64,000 nucleotides of DNA from Eledone cirrhosa. Taxonomy: Eukaryota. The notes below the pieces were generated by a model. It was not told the DNA's origin. It was given only the letters and a program-made list of their open reading frames with translations, and ran no database searches. The stretch covers positions 115,692,001 through 115,756,000 of the forward strand of contig OZ024744.1 of assembly GCA_964016885.1 (NCBI GenBank), read 5' to 3'. Positions 36,357 through 51,300 of this stretch are shown piece by piece. A program made the position numbers and the translations under genes. Every line of letters begins with the position of its first letter. The first letter of the stretch is position 1.

Positions 36357-39300
36357 CCTTAAGATAGAAGACAATATGGACCCCTGATCACTTCCTTTAT
36401 GATCCTTAAGATAGAAGACAATATGGACCCCTGATCACTTCCTTTATCATCCTTAAGATAGAAGACAATATGGACCCCTGATCACTTCCTTTATCATCCT
36501 TAAGATAGAAGACAATATGGACCCCTGATCACCTCCTTTATCATCCTTAGGATATAAGACAATATGTACCCCTGATCAATTCCTTTATCACCCTTAGGAT
36601 AGAAGACAATATGGACCCCTGATCAATTCCTTTATCACCCTTAAGATAGAAGACAATATGGACCCCTCATCAATTCCTTTATCACCCTTAGGATAGAAGA
36701 CAATATGGACCCCTGATCAATTCCTTTATCACCCTTAAGATAGAAGACAATATGGACCCCTGATCAATTCCTTTATCACCCTTAGGATAGAAGACAATAT
36801 GGATCCCTGATCACCTCCTTTATCACCCTTAAGATAGAAGACAATATGGACGCCTGATCAATTTCTTTATCACCCTTAAGATAGAAGACAATATGGACCC
36901 CTGATCACCTCGTTTATCATCCTTAAGATAGAAGACAATATGGACCCCTGATCACCTCCTTTATCACCCTTAAGATAGAAGACAATATGGACCCCTGATC
37001 AATTCCTTTATCACCCTTAAGATAGAAGACAATATGGACCCCTGATCACCTCCTTTATCACTCTTAAGATAGAAGACAATATGGACCTCTGATCAATTCC
37101 TTTATCATCCTTAAGATAGAAGACAATATGGACCCCTGATCAATTCCTTTATCATCCTTAGGATAGAAGACAATATGGACCCCTGATCACCTCGTTTATC
37201 ATCCTTAAGATAGAAGACAATATGGACGCCTGATCAATTCCTTTATCAACCTTAGGATAGAAGACAATATAGATCCCTGATCACCTCCTTTATCACCCTT
37301 AGGATAGAAGACAATATGGACCCCTGATCACCTCATTTATCATCCTTAAGATAGAAGACAATATGGATCCCTGATCACCTCCTTTATCACCCTTAGGATA
37401 GAAGACAATATGGACCCCTGATCAATTCCTTTATCATCCTTAAGATAGAAGACAATATGGATCCCTGATCAATTCCTTTATCATCATTAAGATAGAAGAC
37501 AATATGGACCCCTGATCACCTCCTTTATCACCCTTAAGAAAGAAGACAATATGGACCCCTGATCAATTCCTTTATCATCCTTAAGATAGAAAACAATATG
37601 GACCCCTGATCAATTACTTTATCATCCTTAGGATATAAGACAATATGGACCCCTGATCAATACCTTTATCACCCTTAGGATAGAAGACAATATGGATCCC
37701 TTATCACCTCCTTTATCACCCTTAAGATAGAAGACAATATGGATGCCTGATCAATTTCTTTATCACCCTTAAGATAGAAGACAATATGGACCCCTGATCA
37801 CCTCGTTTATCATCCTTAAGATAGAAGACAATATGGACCCCTGATCACCTCCTTTATCACCCTTAAGATAGAAGACAATATGGACCCCTGATCAATTCCT
37901 TTATCACCCTTAAGATAGAAGACAATATGGACCCCTGATCACCTCCTTTATCACCCTTAAGATAGAAGACAATATGGACCCCTGATCAATTCCTTTATCA
38001 CCCTTAGGATAGAAGACAATATGGACCCCTGATCACCTCATTTATCACCCTTAGGATAGAAGACAATATGGACCCCTGATCAATTCCTTTATCATACTTA
38101 GGATAGAAGACAATATGGACCCCTGATCAATTCCTTTATCATCCTTAGGTTAGAAGACAATATGGACCCCTGATCACCTCCTTTAACACCCTTAAGAAAG
38201 AAGACAATATGGACCCCTGATCAATTCCTTTATCATCCTTAAGATAGAAGACAATATGGACCCCTGATCAATTCCTTTATCATCCTTAGGATAGAAGACA
38301 ATATGGACCCCTGATCACCTCCTTTATCACCCTTAAGATAGAAGACAATATGGACCCCTAATCACTTCCTTTATCACCCTTAAGATAGAAGACAATATGG
38401 ACCCCTGATCACTTCCTTTATCATCCTTAAGATAGAAGACAATATGGACCCCTGATCACCTCCTTTATCATCCTTAAGATAGAAGACAATATGGACCCCT
38501 GATCAATTCCTTTATCACCCTTAAGATAGAAGACAATATGGACCCCTGATCACCTCCTTTATCATCCTTAAGATAGAAGACAATATGGACCCCTGATCAC
38601 CTCCTTTATCACCCTTAAGATAGAAGACAATATGGACCCCTAATCACTTCCTTTATCACCCTTAAGATAGAAGACAATATGGACCCCTGATCACTTCCTT
38701 TATCATCCTTAAGATAGAAGACAATATGGACCCCTGATCACCTCCTTTATCATCCTTAGGATAGAAGACAATATGGACGCCTGATCAATTCCTTTATCAT
38801 CCTTAGGATAGAAGACAATATGGATCTCTGATCACCTCCTTTATCACCCTTAGGATAGAAGACAATATGGACCCCTGATCACCTCATTTATCATCCTTAA
38901 GATAGAAGACAATATGGACCCCTGATCACAGCCTTTATCACCCTTAGGATAGAAGACAATATAGATCCCTGATCAATTCCTTTATCATCCTTAAGATAGA
39001 AAACAATATGGACCCCTGATCACCTCCTTTATCACCCTTAAGAAAGAAGACAATATGGACCCCTGATCAATTCCTTTATCATCCTTAAGATAGAAGACAA
39101 TATGGACGCCTGATCAATTTCTTTATCACCCTTAAGATAGAAGACAATATGGACCCCTGATCACCTCGTTTATCATCCTTAAGATAGAAGACAATATGGA
39201 CCCCTGATCACCTCCTTTATCACCCTTAAGATAGAAGACAATATGGACCCCTGATCAATTCCTTTATCACCCTTAAGATAGAAGACAATATGGACCCCTG

Positions 39301-42300
39301 ATCACCTCCTTTATCACCCTTAAGATAGAAGACAATATGGACCTCTGATCAATTCCTTTATCATCCTTAAGATAGAAGACAATATGGACCCCTGATCAAT
39401 TCCTTTATCATCCTTAGGATAGAAGACAATATGGACCCCTGATCACCTCGTTTATCATCCTTAAGATAGAAGACAATATGGACGCCTGATCAATTCCTTT
39501 ATCAACCTTAGGATAGAAGACAATATAGATCCCTGATCACCTCCTTTATCACCCTTAGGATAGAAGACAATATGGACCCCTGATCACCTCATTTATCATC
39601 CTTAAGATAGAAGACAATATGGATCCCTGATCACCTCCTTTATCACCCTTAGGATAGAAGACAATATGGACCCCTGATCAATTCCTTTATCATCCTTAAG
39701 ATAGAAGACAATATGGATCCCTGATCAATTCCTTTATCATCATTAAGATAGAAGACAATATGGACCCCTGATCACCTCCTTTATCACCCTTAAGAAAGAA
39801 GACAATATGGACCCCTGATCAATTCCTTTATCATCCTTAAGATAGAAAAAAATATGGACCCCTGATCAATTACTTTATCATCCTTAGGATATAAGACAAT
39901 ATGGACCCCTGATCAATTCCTTTATCACCCTTAGGATAGAAGACAATATGGATCCCTTATCACCTCCTTTATCACCCTTAAGATAGAAGACAATATGGAT
40001 GCCTGATCAATTTCTTTATCACCCTTAAGATAGAAGACAATATGGACCCCTGATCACCTCGTTTATCATCCTTAAGATAGAAGACAATATGGACCCCTGA
40101 TCACCTCCTTTATCACCCTTAAGATAGAAGACAATATGGACCCCTGATCAATTCCTTTATCACCCTTAAGATAGAAGACAATATGGACCCCTGATCACCT
40201 CCTTTATCACCCTAAAGATAGAAGACAATATGGACCCCTGATCAATTCCTTTATCACCCTTAGGATAGAAGACAATATGGACCCCTGATCACCTCATTTA
40301 TCACCCTTAGGATAGAAGACAATATGGACCCCTGATCAATTCCTTTATCATACTTAGGATAGAAGACAATATGGACCCCTGATCAATTCCTTTATCATCC
40401 TTAGGTTAGAATACAATATGGACCCCTGATCACCTCCTTTAACACCCTTAAGAAAGAAGACAATATGGACCCCTGATCAATTCCTTTATCATCCTTAAGA
40501 TAGAAGACAATATGGACCCCTGATCAATTCCTTTATCATCCTTAGGATAGAAGACAATATGGACCCCTGATCACCTCCTTTATCACCCTTAAGATAGAAG
40601 ACAATATGGACCCCTAATCACTTCCTTTATCACCCTTAAGATAGAAGACAATATGGACCCCTGATCACTTCCTTTATCATCCTTAAGATAGAAGACAATA
40701 TGGATCCCTGATCACCTCCTTTATCATCCTTAAGATAGAAGACAATATGGACCCCTGATCAATTCCTTTATCACCCTTAAGATAGAAGACAATATGGACC
40801 CCTGATCACCTCCTTTATCATCCTTAAGATAGAAGACAATATGGACCCCTGATCACCTCCTTTATCACCCTTAAGATAGAAGACAATATGGACCCCTAAT
40901 CACTTCCTTAATCACCCTTAAGATAGAAGACAATATGGACCCCTGATCACTTCCTTTATCATCCTTAAGATAGAAGACAATATGGACCCCTGATCACCTC
41001 CTTTATCATCCTTAGGATAGAAGACAATATGGACGCCTGATCAATTCCTTTATCATCCTTAGGATAGAAGACAATATGGATCTCTGATCACCTCCTTTAT
41101 CACCCTTAGGATAGAAGACAATATGGACCCCTGATCACCTCATTTATCATCCTTAAGATAGAAGACAATATGGACCCCTGATCACAGCCTTTATCACCCT
41201 TAGGATAGAAGACAATATAGATCCCTGATCAATTCCTTTATCATCCTTAAGATAGAAAACAATATGGACCCCTGATCACCTCCTTTATCACCCTTAAGAA
41301 AGAAGACAATATGGACCCCTGATCAATTCCTTTATCATCCTTAAGATAGAAGACAATATGGACCCCTGATCAATTCCTTTATCATCCTTAGGATAGAAGA
41401 CAATATGGACCCCTGATCAATTCCTTTATCATACTTAGGATAGAAGACAATATGGACCCCTGATCACCTCGTTTATCATCCTTAAGATAGAAGACAATAT
41501 GGACGCCTGATCAATTCCTTTATCAACCTTAGGATAGAAGACAATATAGATCCCTGATCACCTCCTTTATCACCCTTAGGATAGAAGACAATATGGACCC
41601 CTGATCACCTCATTTATCATCCTTAAGATAGAAGACAATATGGACCCCTGATCACCTCCTTTATCACCCTTAGGATAGAAGACAATATGGACCCCTGATC
41701 AATTCCTTTATCATCCTTAAGATAGAAGACAATATGGATCCCTGATCAATTCCTTTATCATCATTAAGATAGAAGACAATATGGACCCCTGATCACCTCC
41801 TTTATCACCCTTAAGAAAGAAGACAATATGGACCCCTGATCAATTCCTTTATCATCCTTAAGATAGAAAACAATATGGACCCCTGATCAATTACTTTATC
41901 ATCCTTAGGATATAAGACAATATGGACCCCTGATCAATTCCTTTATCACCCTTAGGATAGAAGACAATATGGATCCCTTATCACCTCCTTTATCACCCTT
42001 AAGATAGAAGACAATATGGATGCCTGATCAATTTCTTTATCACCCTTAAGATAGAAGACAATATGGACCCCTGATCACCTCGTTTATCATCCTTAAGATA
42101 GAAGACAATATGGACCCCTGATCACCTCCTTTATCACCCTTAAGATAGAAGACAATATGGACCCCTGATCAATTCCTTTATCACCCTTAAGATAGAAGAC
42201 AATATGGACCCCTGATCACCTCCTTTATCATACTTAGGATGGAAGACAATATGGACCCCTGATCAATTCCTTTATCATCCTTAGGATAGAAGACAATATG

Positions 42301-45300
42301 GACCCCTGATCACCTCCTTTAACACCCTTAAGAAAGAAGACAATATGGACCCCTGATCAATTCCTTTATCATCCTTAAGATAGAAGACAATATGGACCCC
42401 TGATCAATTCCTTTATCATCCTTAGGAAAGAAGACAATATGGACCCCTGATCACCTCCTTTATCACCCTTAAGATAGAAGACAATATGGACCCCTAATCA
42501 CTTCCTTTATCACCCTTAGGATAGAAGACAATATGGACCCCTGATCACTTCCTTTATCATCCTTAAGATAGAAGACAATATGGACGCCTGATCAATTTCT
42601 TTATCATCCTTAGGATAGAAGACAATATGGATCTCTGATCACCTCCTTTATCACCCTTAGGATAGAAGACAATATGGACCCCTGATCACCTCATTTATCA
42701 TCCTTAAGATAGAAAACAATATGGACCCCTGATCACCTCCTTTATCACCCTTAAGAAAGAAGACAATATGGACCCCTGATCAATTCCTTTATCATCCTTA
42801 AGATATAAGACAATATGGACCCCTGATCAATTCCTTTATCATCCTTAGGATATAAGACAATATGGACCCCTAATCAATTCCTTTATCATCCTTAGGATAG
42901 AAGACAATATGGACCCCTGATCAATTCCTTTATCACCCTTAGGATAGAAGACAATATGGACCCCTGATCACCTCATTTATCACCCTTAGGATAGAGGACA
43001 ATATGGACCCCTGATCAATTCCTTTATCATACTTAGGATAGAAGACAATATGGACCCCTGATCAATTCCTTTATCATCCTTAGGATAGAAGACAATATGG
43101 ACCCCTAATCACTTCCTTTATCATCCTTAGGATAGAAGACAATATGGACCCCTGATCACCTCGTTTATCATCCTTAAGATAGAAGACAATATGGACGCCT
43201 GATCAATTCCTTTATCATCCTTAGGATAGAAGACAATATGGATCCCTGATCACCTCCTTTATCACCCTTAGGATAGAAGACAATATGGACCGCTGATCAC
43301 CTCATTTATCATCCTTAAGATAGAAGACAATATGGACCCTTGATCACCGCCTTTATCACCCTTAGGATAGAAGACAATATGGATCCCTGATCAATTCCTT
43401 TATCATCCTTAAGATATAAGACAATATGGACCCCTGATCACCTCCTTTATCACCTTTAAGAAAGAAGACAATATGGACCCCTGATCAATTCCTTTATCAT
43501 CCTTAAGATAGAAGACAATATGGACCCCTGATCAATTCCTTTATCATCCTTAGGATATAAGACAATATGGACCCCTAATCAATTCCTTTATCATCCTTAG
43601 GATAGAAGACAATATGGACGCCTGATCAATTCCTTTATCATCCTTAGGATAGAAGACAATATGGATCTCTGATCACCTCATTTATCATCCTTAAGATAGA
43701 AGACAATATGGACCCCTGATCACAGACTTTATCACCCTTAGGATAGAAGACAATATAGATCCCTGATCAATTCCTTTATCATCCTTAAGATAGAAAACAA
43801 TATGGACCCCTGATCACCTCCTTTATCACCCTTAAGAAAGAAGACAATATGGACCCCTGATCAATTCCTTTATCATCCTTAAGATAGAAGACAATATGGA
43901 CCCCTGATCAATTCCTTTATCATCCTTAGGATAGAAGACAATATGGACCCCTGATCAATTCCTTTATCATACTTAGGATAGAAGACAATATGGACCCCTG
44001 ATCACCTCGTTTATCATCCTTAAGATAGAAGACAATATGGACGCCTGATCAATTCCTTTATCAACCTTAGGATAGAAGACAATATAGATCCCTGATCACC
44101 TCCTTTATCACCCTTAGGATAGAAGACAATATGGACCCCTGATCACCTCATTTATCATCCTTAAGATAGAAGACAATATGGACCCCTGATCACCTCCTTT
44201 ATCACCCTTAGGATAGAAGACAATATGGACCCCTGATCAATTCCTTTATCATCCTTAAGATAGAAGACAATATGGATCCCTGATCAATTCCTTTATCATC
44301 ATTAAGATAGAAGACAATATGGACCCCTGATCACCTCCTTTATCACCCTTAAGAAAGAAGACAATATGGACCCCTGATCAATTCCTTTATCATCCTTAAG
44401 ATAGAAAACAATATGGACCCCTGATCAATTACTTTATCATCCTTAGGATATAAGACAATATGGACCCCTGATCAATTCCTTTATCACCCTTAGGATAGAA
44501 GACAATATGGATCCCTTATCACCTCCTTTATCACCCTTAAGATAGAAGACAATATGGATGCCTGATCAATTTCTTTATCACCCTTAAGATAGAAGACAAT
44601 ATGGACCCCTGATCACCTCGTTTATCATCCTTAAGATAGAAGACAATATGGACCCCTGATCACCTCCTTTATCACCCTTAAGATAGAAGACAATATGGAC
44701 CCCTGATCAATTCCTTTATCACCCTTAAGATAGAAGACAATATGGACCCCTGATCACCTCCTTTATCATACTTAGGATGGAAGACAATATGGACCCCTGA
44801 TCAATTCCTTTATCATCCTTAGGATAGAAGACAATATGGACCCCTGATCACCTCCTTTAACACCCTTAAGAAAGAAGACAATATGGACCCCTGATCAATT
44901 CCTTTATCATCCTTAAGATAGAAGACAATATGGACCCCTGATCAATTCCTTTATCATCCTTAGGAAAGAAGACAATATGGACCCCTGATCACCTCCTTTA
45001 TCACCCTTAAGATAGAAGACAATATGGACCCCTAATCACTTCCTTTATCACCCTTAGGATAGAAGACAATATGGACCCCTGATCACTTCCTTTATCATCC
45101 TTAAGATAGAAGACAATATGGACGCCTGATCAATTTCTTTATCATCCTTAGGATAGAAGACAATATGGATCTCTGATCACCTCCTTTATCACCCTTAGGA
45201 TAGAAGACAATATGGACCCCTGATCACCTCATTTATCATCCTTAAGATAGAAAACAATATGGACCCCTGATCACCTCCTTTATCACCCTTAAGAAAGAAG

Positions 45301-48300
45301 ACAATATGGACCCCTGATCAATTCCTTTATCATCCTTAAGATATAAGACAATATGGACCCCTGATCAATTCCTTTATCATCCTTAGGATATAAGACAATA
45401 TGGACCCCTAATCAATTCCTTTATCATCCTTAGGATAGAAGACAATATGGACCCCTGATCAATTCCTTTATCACCCTTAGCATAGAAGACAATATGGACC
45501 CCTGATCACCTCATTTATCACCCTTAGGATAGAGGACAATATGGACCCCTGATCAATTCCTTTATCATACTTAGGATAGAAGACAATATGGACCCCTGAT
45601 CAATTCCTTTATCATCCTTAGGATAGAAGACAATATGGACCCCTAATCACTTCCTTTATCATCCTTAGGATAGAAGACAATATGGACCCCTGATCACCTC
45701 GTTTATCATCCTTAAGATAGAAGACAATATGGACGCCTGATCAATTCCTTTATCATCCTTAGGATAGAAGACAATATGGATCCCTGATCACCTCCTTTAT
45801 CACCCTTAGGATAGAAGACAATATGGACCGCTGATCACCTCATTTATCATCCTTAAGATAGAAGACAATATGGACCCTTGATCACCGCCTTTATCACCCT
45901 TAGGATAGAAGACAATATGGATCCCTGATCAATTCCTTTATCATCCTTAAGATATAAGACAATATGGACCCCTGATCACCTCCTTTATCACCTTTAAGAA
46001 AGAAGACAATATGGACCCCTGATCAATTCCTTTATCATCCTTAAGATAGAAGACAATATGGACCCCTGATCAATTCCTTTATCATCCTTAGGATATAAGA
46101 CAATATGGACCCCTAATCAATTCCTTTATCATCCTTAGGATAGAAGACAATATGGACCCCTGATCAATTCCTTTATCACCCTTAGGATAGAAGACAATAT
46201 GGACCCCTGATCACCTCATTTATCACCCTTAGGATAGAAGACAATATGGACCCCTGATCAATTCCTTTATCATACTTAGGATAGAAGACAATATGGACCC
46301 CTGATCAATTCCTTTATCATCCTTAGGATAGAAGACAATAAGGACCCCTGATCACCTCCTTTATCACCCTTAGGATAGAAGACAATATGGACCTCTGATC
46401 AATTCCTTTATCATGCTTAAGATAGAAGACAATATAGACCCCTGATCAATTCCTTTATCATCCTTAGGATAGAAGACAATATGGACCCCTGATCACCTCG
46501 TTTATCATCCTTAAGATAGAAGACAATATGGACGCCTGATCAATTCCTTTATCATCCTTAGGATAGAAGACAATATAGATCCCTGATCACCTCCTTTATC
46601 ACCCTTAGGATAGAAGACAATATGGACCCCTGATCACCTCATTTATCATCCTTAAGATAGAAGACAATATGGACCCCTGATCACCTCCTTTATCACCCTT
46701 AGGATAGAAGACAATATGGACCCCTAATCAATTCTTTTATCATCCTTAAGATAGAAGACAATATGGATCCCTGATCAATTCCTTTATCATCCTTAAGATA
46801 GAAGACAATATGGACCCCTGATCACCTCCTTTATCACCCTTAAGAAAGAAGACAATATGGACCCCTGATCAATTCCTTTATCATCCTTAAGATAGAAGAC
46901 AATATGGACCCCTGATCAATTCCTTTATCATCCTTAGGATATAAGACAATATGGACCCCTAATGAATTCCTTTATCATCCTTAGGATAGAAGACAATATG
47001 GACCCCTGATCAATTCCTTTATCACCCTTAGGATAGAAGACAATATGGACCCCTGATCACCTCATTTATCACCCTTAGGATAGAAGACAATATGGACCCC
47101 TGATCACCTCCTTTATCACCCTTAGGATAGAAGACAATATGGACCGCTGATCAATTCCTTTATCATCCTTAAGATAGAAGACAATATGGATCCCTGATCA
47201 ATTCCTTTATCATCCTTAAGATAGAAGACAATATGGACCCCTGATCACCTCCTTTATCACCCTTAAGAAAGAAGACAATATGGACCCCTGATCAATTCCT
47301 TTATCATCCTTAAGATAGAAGACAATATGGACCCCTGATCAATTCCTTTATCATCCTTAGGATATAAGACAATATGGACCCCTAATCAATTCTTTTATCA
47401 TCCTTAGGATAGAAGACAATATGGACCCCTGATTAATTCCTTTATCCCCCTTAGGATAGAAGACAATATGGACCCCTGATCACCTCATTTATCACCCTTA
47501 GGATAGAAGACAATATGGACCCCTGATCAATTCCTTTATCATACTTAGGATAGAAGACAATATGGACCCCTGATCAATTCCTTTATCATCCTTAGGATAG
47601 AAGACAATATGGACCCCTGATCACCTCCTTTATCACCCTTAGGATAGAAGACAATATGGACCCCTGATCAATTCCTTTATCATCCTTAAGATAGAAGACA
47701 ATATGGACCACTGATCAATTCCTTTATCATCCTTAGGATAGAAGACAATATGGACCCCTGATCACCTCCTTTAACACCCTTAAGAAAGAAGACAATATGG
47801 ACGCCTGATCAATTCCTTTATCATCCTTAAGATAGAAGACAATATGGACCCCTGATCAATTCCTTTATCATCCTAAGGATAGAAGACAATATGGACCCCT
47901 GATCACCTCCTTTATCACCCTTAAGATAGAAGACAATATGGACCCCTAATCACTTCCTTTATCACCCTTAAGATAGAAGACAATATGGAGCCCTGATCAC
48001 TTCCTTTATCATCCTTAAGATAGAAGACAATATGGACGCCTGATCAATTCCTTTATCATCCTTAGGATAGAAGACAATATGGATCTCTGATCACCTCCTT
48101 TATCACCCTTAGGATAGAAGACAATATGGACCCCTGATCACCTCATTTATCATCCTTAAGATAGAAGACAATATGGACCCCTGATCACCGCCTTTATCAC
48201 CCTTGGGATAGAAGACAATATGGATCCCTGATCAATTCCTTTATCATCCTTAAGATAGAAGACAATATGGACCCCTGATCACCACCTTTATCACCCTTAA

Positions 48301-51300
48301 GAAAGAAGACAATATGGACCCCTGATCAATTCCTTTATCATCCTTAAGATAGAAGACAATATGGACCCCTGATCAATTCCTTTATCATCCTTAGGATATA
48401 AGACAATATGGACCCCTAATCAATTCCTTTATCATCCTTAGGATAGAAGACAATATGGACCCCTGATCAATTCCTTTATCACCCTTAGGATAGAAGACAA
48501 TATGGACCCCTGATCACCTCATTTATCACCCTTAGGATAGAGGACAATATGGACCCCTGATCAATTCCTTTATCATACTTAGGATAGAAGACAATATGGA
48601 CCCCTGATCAATTCCTTTATCATCCTTAGGATAGAAGACAATATGGACCCCTAATCACTTCCTTTATCATCCTTAGGATAGAAGACAATATGGACCCCTG
48701 TTCACCTCGTTTATCATCCTTAAGATAGAAGACAATATGGACGCCTGATCAATTCCTTTATCATCCTTAGGATAGAAGACAATATAGATCCCTGATCACC
48801 TCCTTTATCACCCTTAGGATAGAAGAAAATATGGACCGCTGATCACCTCATTTATCATCCTTAAGATAGAAGACAATATGGACCCCTGATCACCGCCTTT
48901 ATCACCCTTAGGACAGAAGACAATATGGACCCCTGATCACCTCCTTTATCACCTTTAAGAAAGAAGACAATATGGACTCCTGATCAATTCCTTTATCATC
49001 CTTAAGATAGAAAACAATATGGACCCCTGATCAATTCCTTTATCATCCTTAGGATATAAGACAATATGGACCCCTAATCAATTCCTTTATCATCCTTAGG
49101 ATAGAAGACAATATGGACCCCTGATCAATTCCTTTATCACCCTTAGGATAGAAGACAATATGGACCCCTGATCACCTCATTTATCACCCTTAGGATAGAA
49201 GACAATATGGACCCCTGATCAATTCCTTTATCATACTTAGGATAGAAGACAATATAGACCCCTGATCAATTCCTTTAGCATCCTTAGGATAGAAGACAAT
49301 ATGGACCCCTGATCACCTCCTTTATCACCCTTAGGATAGAAGACAATATGGACCTCTGATCAATACCTTTATCATCCTTAAGATAGAAGACAATATGGAC
49401 CCCTGATCAATTCCTTTATCATCCTTAGGTTAGAAGACAATATGGACCCCTGATCACCTCGTTTATCATCCTTAAGATAGAAGACAATATGGACGCCTGA
49501 TCAATTCCTTTATCATCCTTAGGATAGAAGACAATATAGATCCCTGATCACCTTCTTTATCACCCTTAGGATAGAAGACAATATGGACCCCTGATCACCT
49601 CATTTATCATCCTTAAGATAGAAGACAATATGGACCCCTGATCACCTCCTTTATCACCCTTCGGATAGAAGACAATATGGACCCCTAATCAATTCCTTTA
49701 TCATCCTTAAGATAGAAGACAATATGGATCCCTGATCAATTCCTTTATCATCCTTAAGATAGAAGACAATATGGACCCCTGATCACCTCCTTTATCACCC
49801 TTAAGAAAGAAGACAATATGGACCCCTGATCAATTCCTTTATCATCCTTAAGATAGAAGACAATATGGACCCCTGATCAATTCCTTTATCATCCTTAGGC
49901 TATAAGACAATATGGACCCCTAATCAATTCCTTTATCATCCTTAGGATAGAAGACAATATGGACCGCTGATCAATTCCTTTATCACCCTTAGGATAGAAG
50001 ACAATATGGACCCCTGATCACCTCATTTATCACCCTTAGGATAGAAGACAATATGGACCCCTGATCACCTCCTTTATCACCCTTAGGATAGAAGACAATA
50101 TGGACCGCTGATCAATTCCTTTATCATCCTTAAGATAGAAGACAATATGGATCCCTGATCAATTCCTTTATCATCCTTAAGATAGAAGACAATATGGACC
50201 CCTGATCACCTCCTTTATCACCCTTAAGAAAGAAGACAATATGGACCCCTGATCAATTCCTTTATCATCCTTAAGATAGAAGACAATATGGACCCCAGAT
50301 CAATTCCTTTATCATCCTTAGGATATAAGACAATATGGACCCCTAATCAATTCCTTTATCATCCTTAGGATAGAAGACAATATGGACCCCTGCACAATTC
50401 CTTTATCACCCTTAGGATAGAAGACAATATGGACCCCTGATCACCTCATTTATCACCCTTAGGATAGAAGACAATATGGACCCCTGATCAATTCCTTTAT
50501 CATACTTAGGATAGAAGACAATATGGACCCCTGATCAATTCCTTTATCATCCTTAGGATAGAAGACAATATGGACCCCTGATCACCTCTTTTATCACCCT
50601 TAGGATAGAAGACAATATGAACCCCTGATCAATTCCTTTATCATCCTTAAGATAGAAGACAATATGGACCCCTGATCAATTCCTTTATCATCCTTAGGAT
50701 AGAAGACAATATGGACCCCTGATCACCTCCTTTAACACACTTAAGAAAGAAGACAATATTGACCCCTGATCAATTCCTTTATCATCCTTAAGATAGAAGA
50801 CAATATGGACCCCTGATCAATTCCTTTATCATCCTTAGGATAGAAGACAATATGGATCCCTGATCAATTCCTTTATCATCCTTAAGATAGAAAACAATAT
50901 GGACCCCTGATCACCTCCTTTATCACCCTTCGGATAGAAGACAATATGGACCCCTAATCAATTCCTTTATCATCCTTAGGATAGAAGACAATATGGACCC
51001 CTGATCAATTCCTTTATCCCCCTTAGGATAGAAGACAATATGAACCCCTGATCACCTCATTTATCACCCTTAGGATAGAAGACAATATGGACCCCTGATC
51101 AATTCCTTTATCATACTTAGGATAGAAGACAATATGGACCCCTGATCAATTCCTTTATCATCCTTAGGATAGAAGACAATATGGACCCCTGATCACCTCC
51201 TTTATCACCCTTAGGATAGAAGACAATATGGACCCCTGATCAATTCCTTTATCATCCTTAAGATAGAAGACAATATGGACCACTGATCAATTCCTTTATC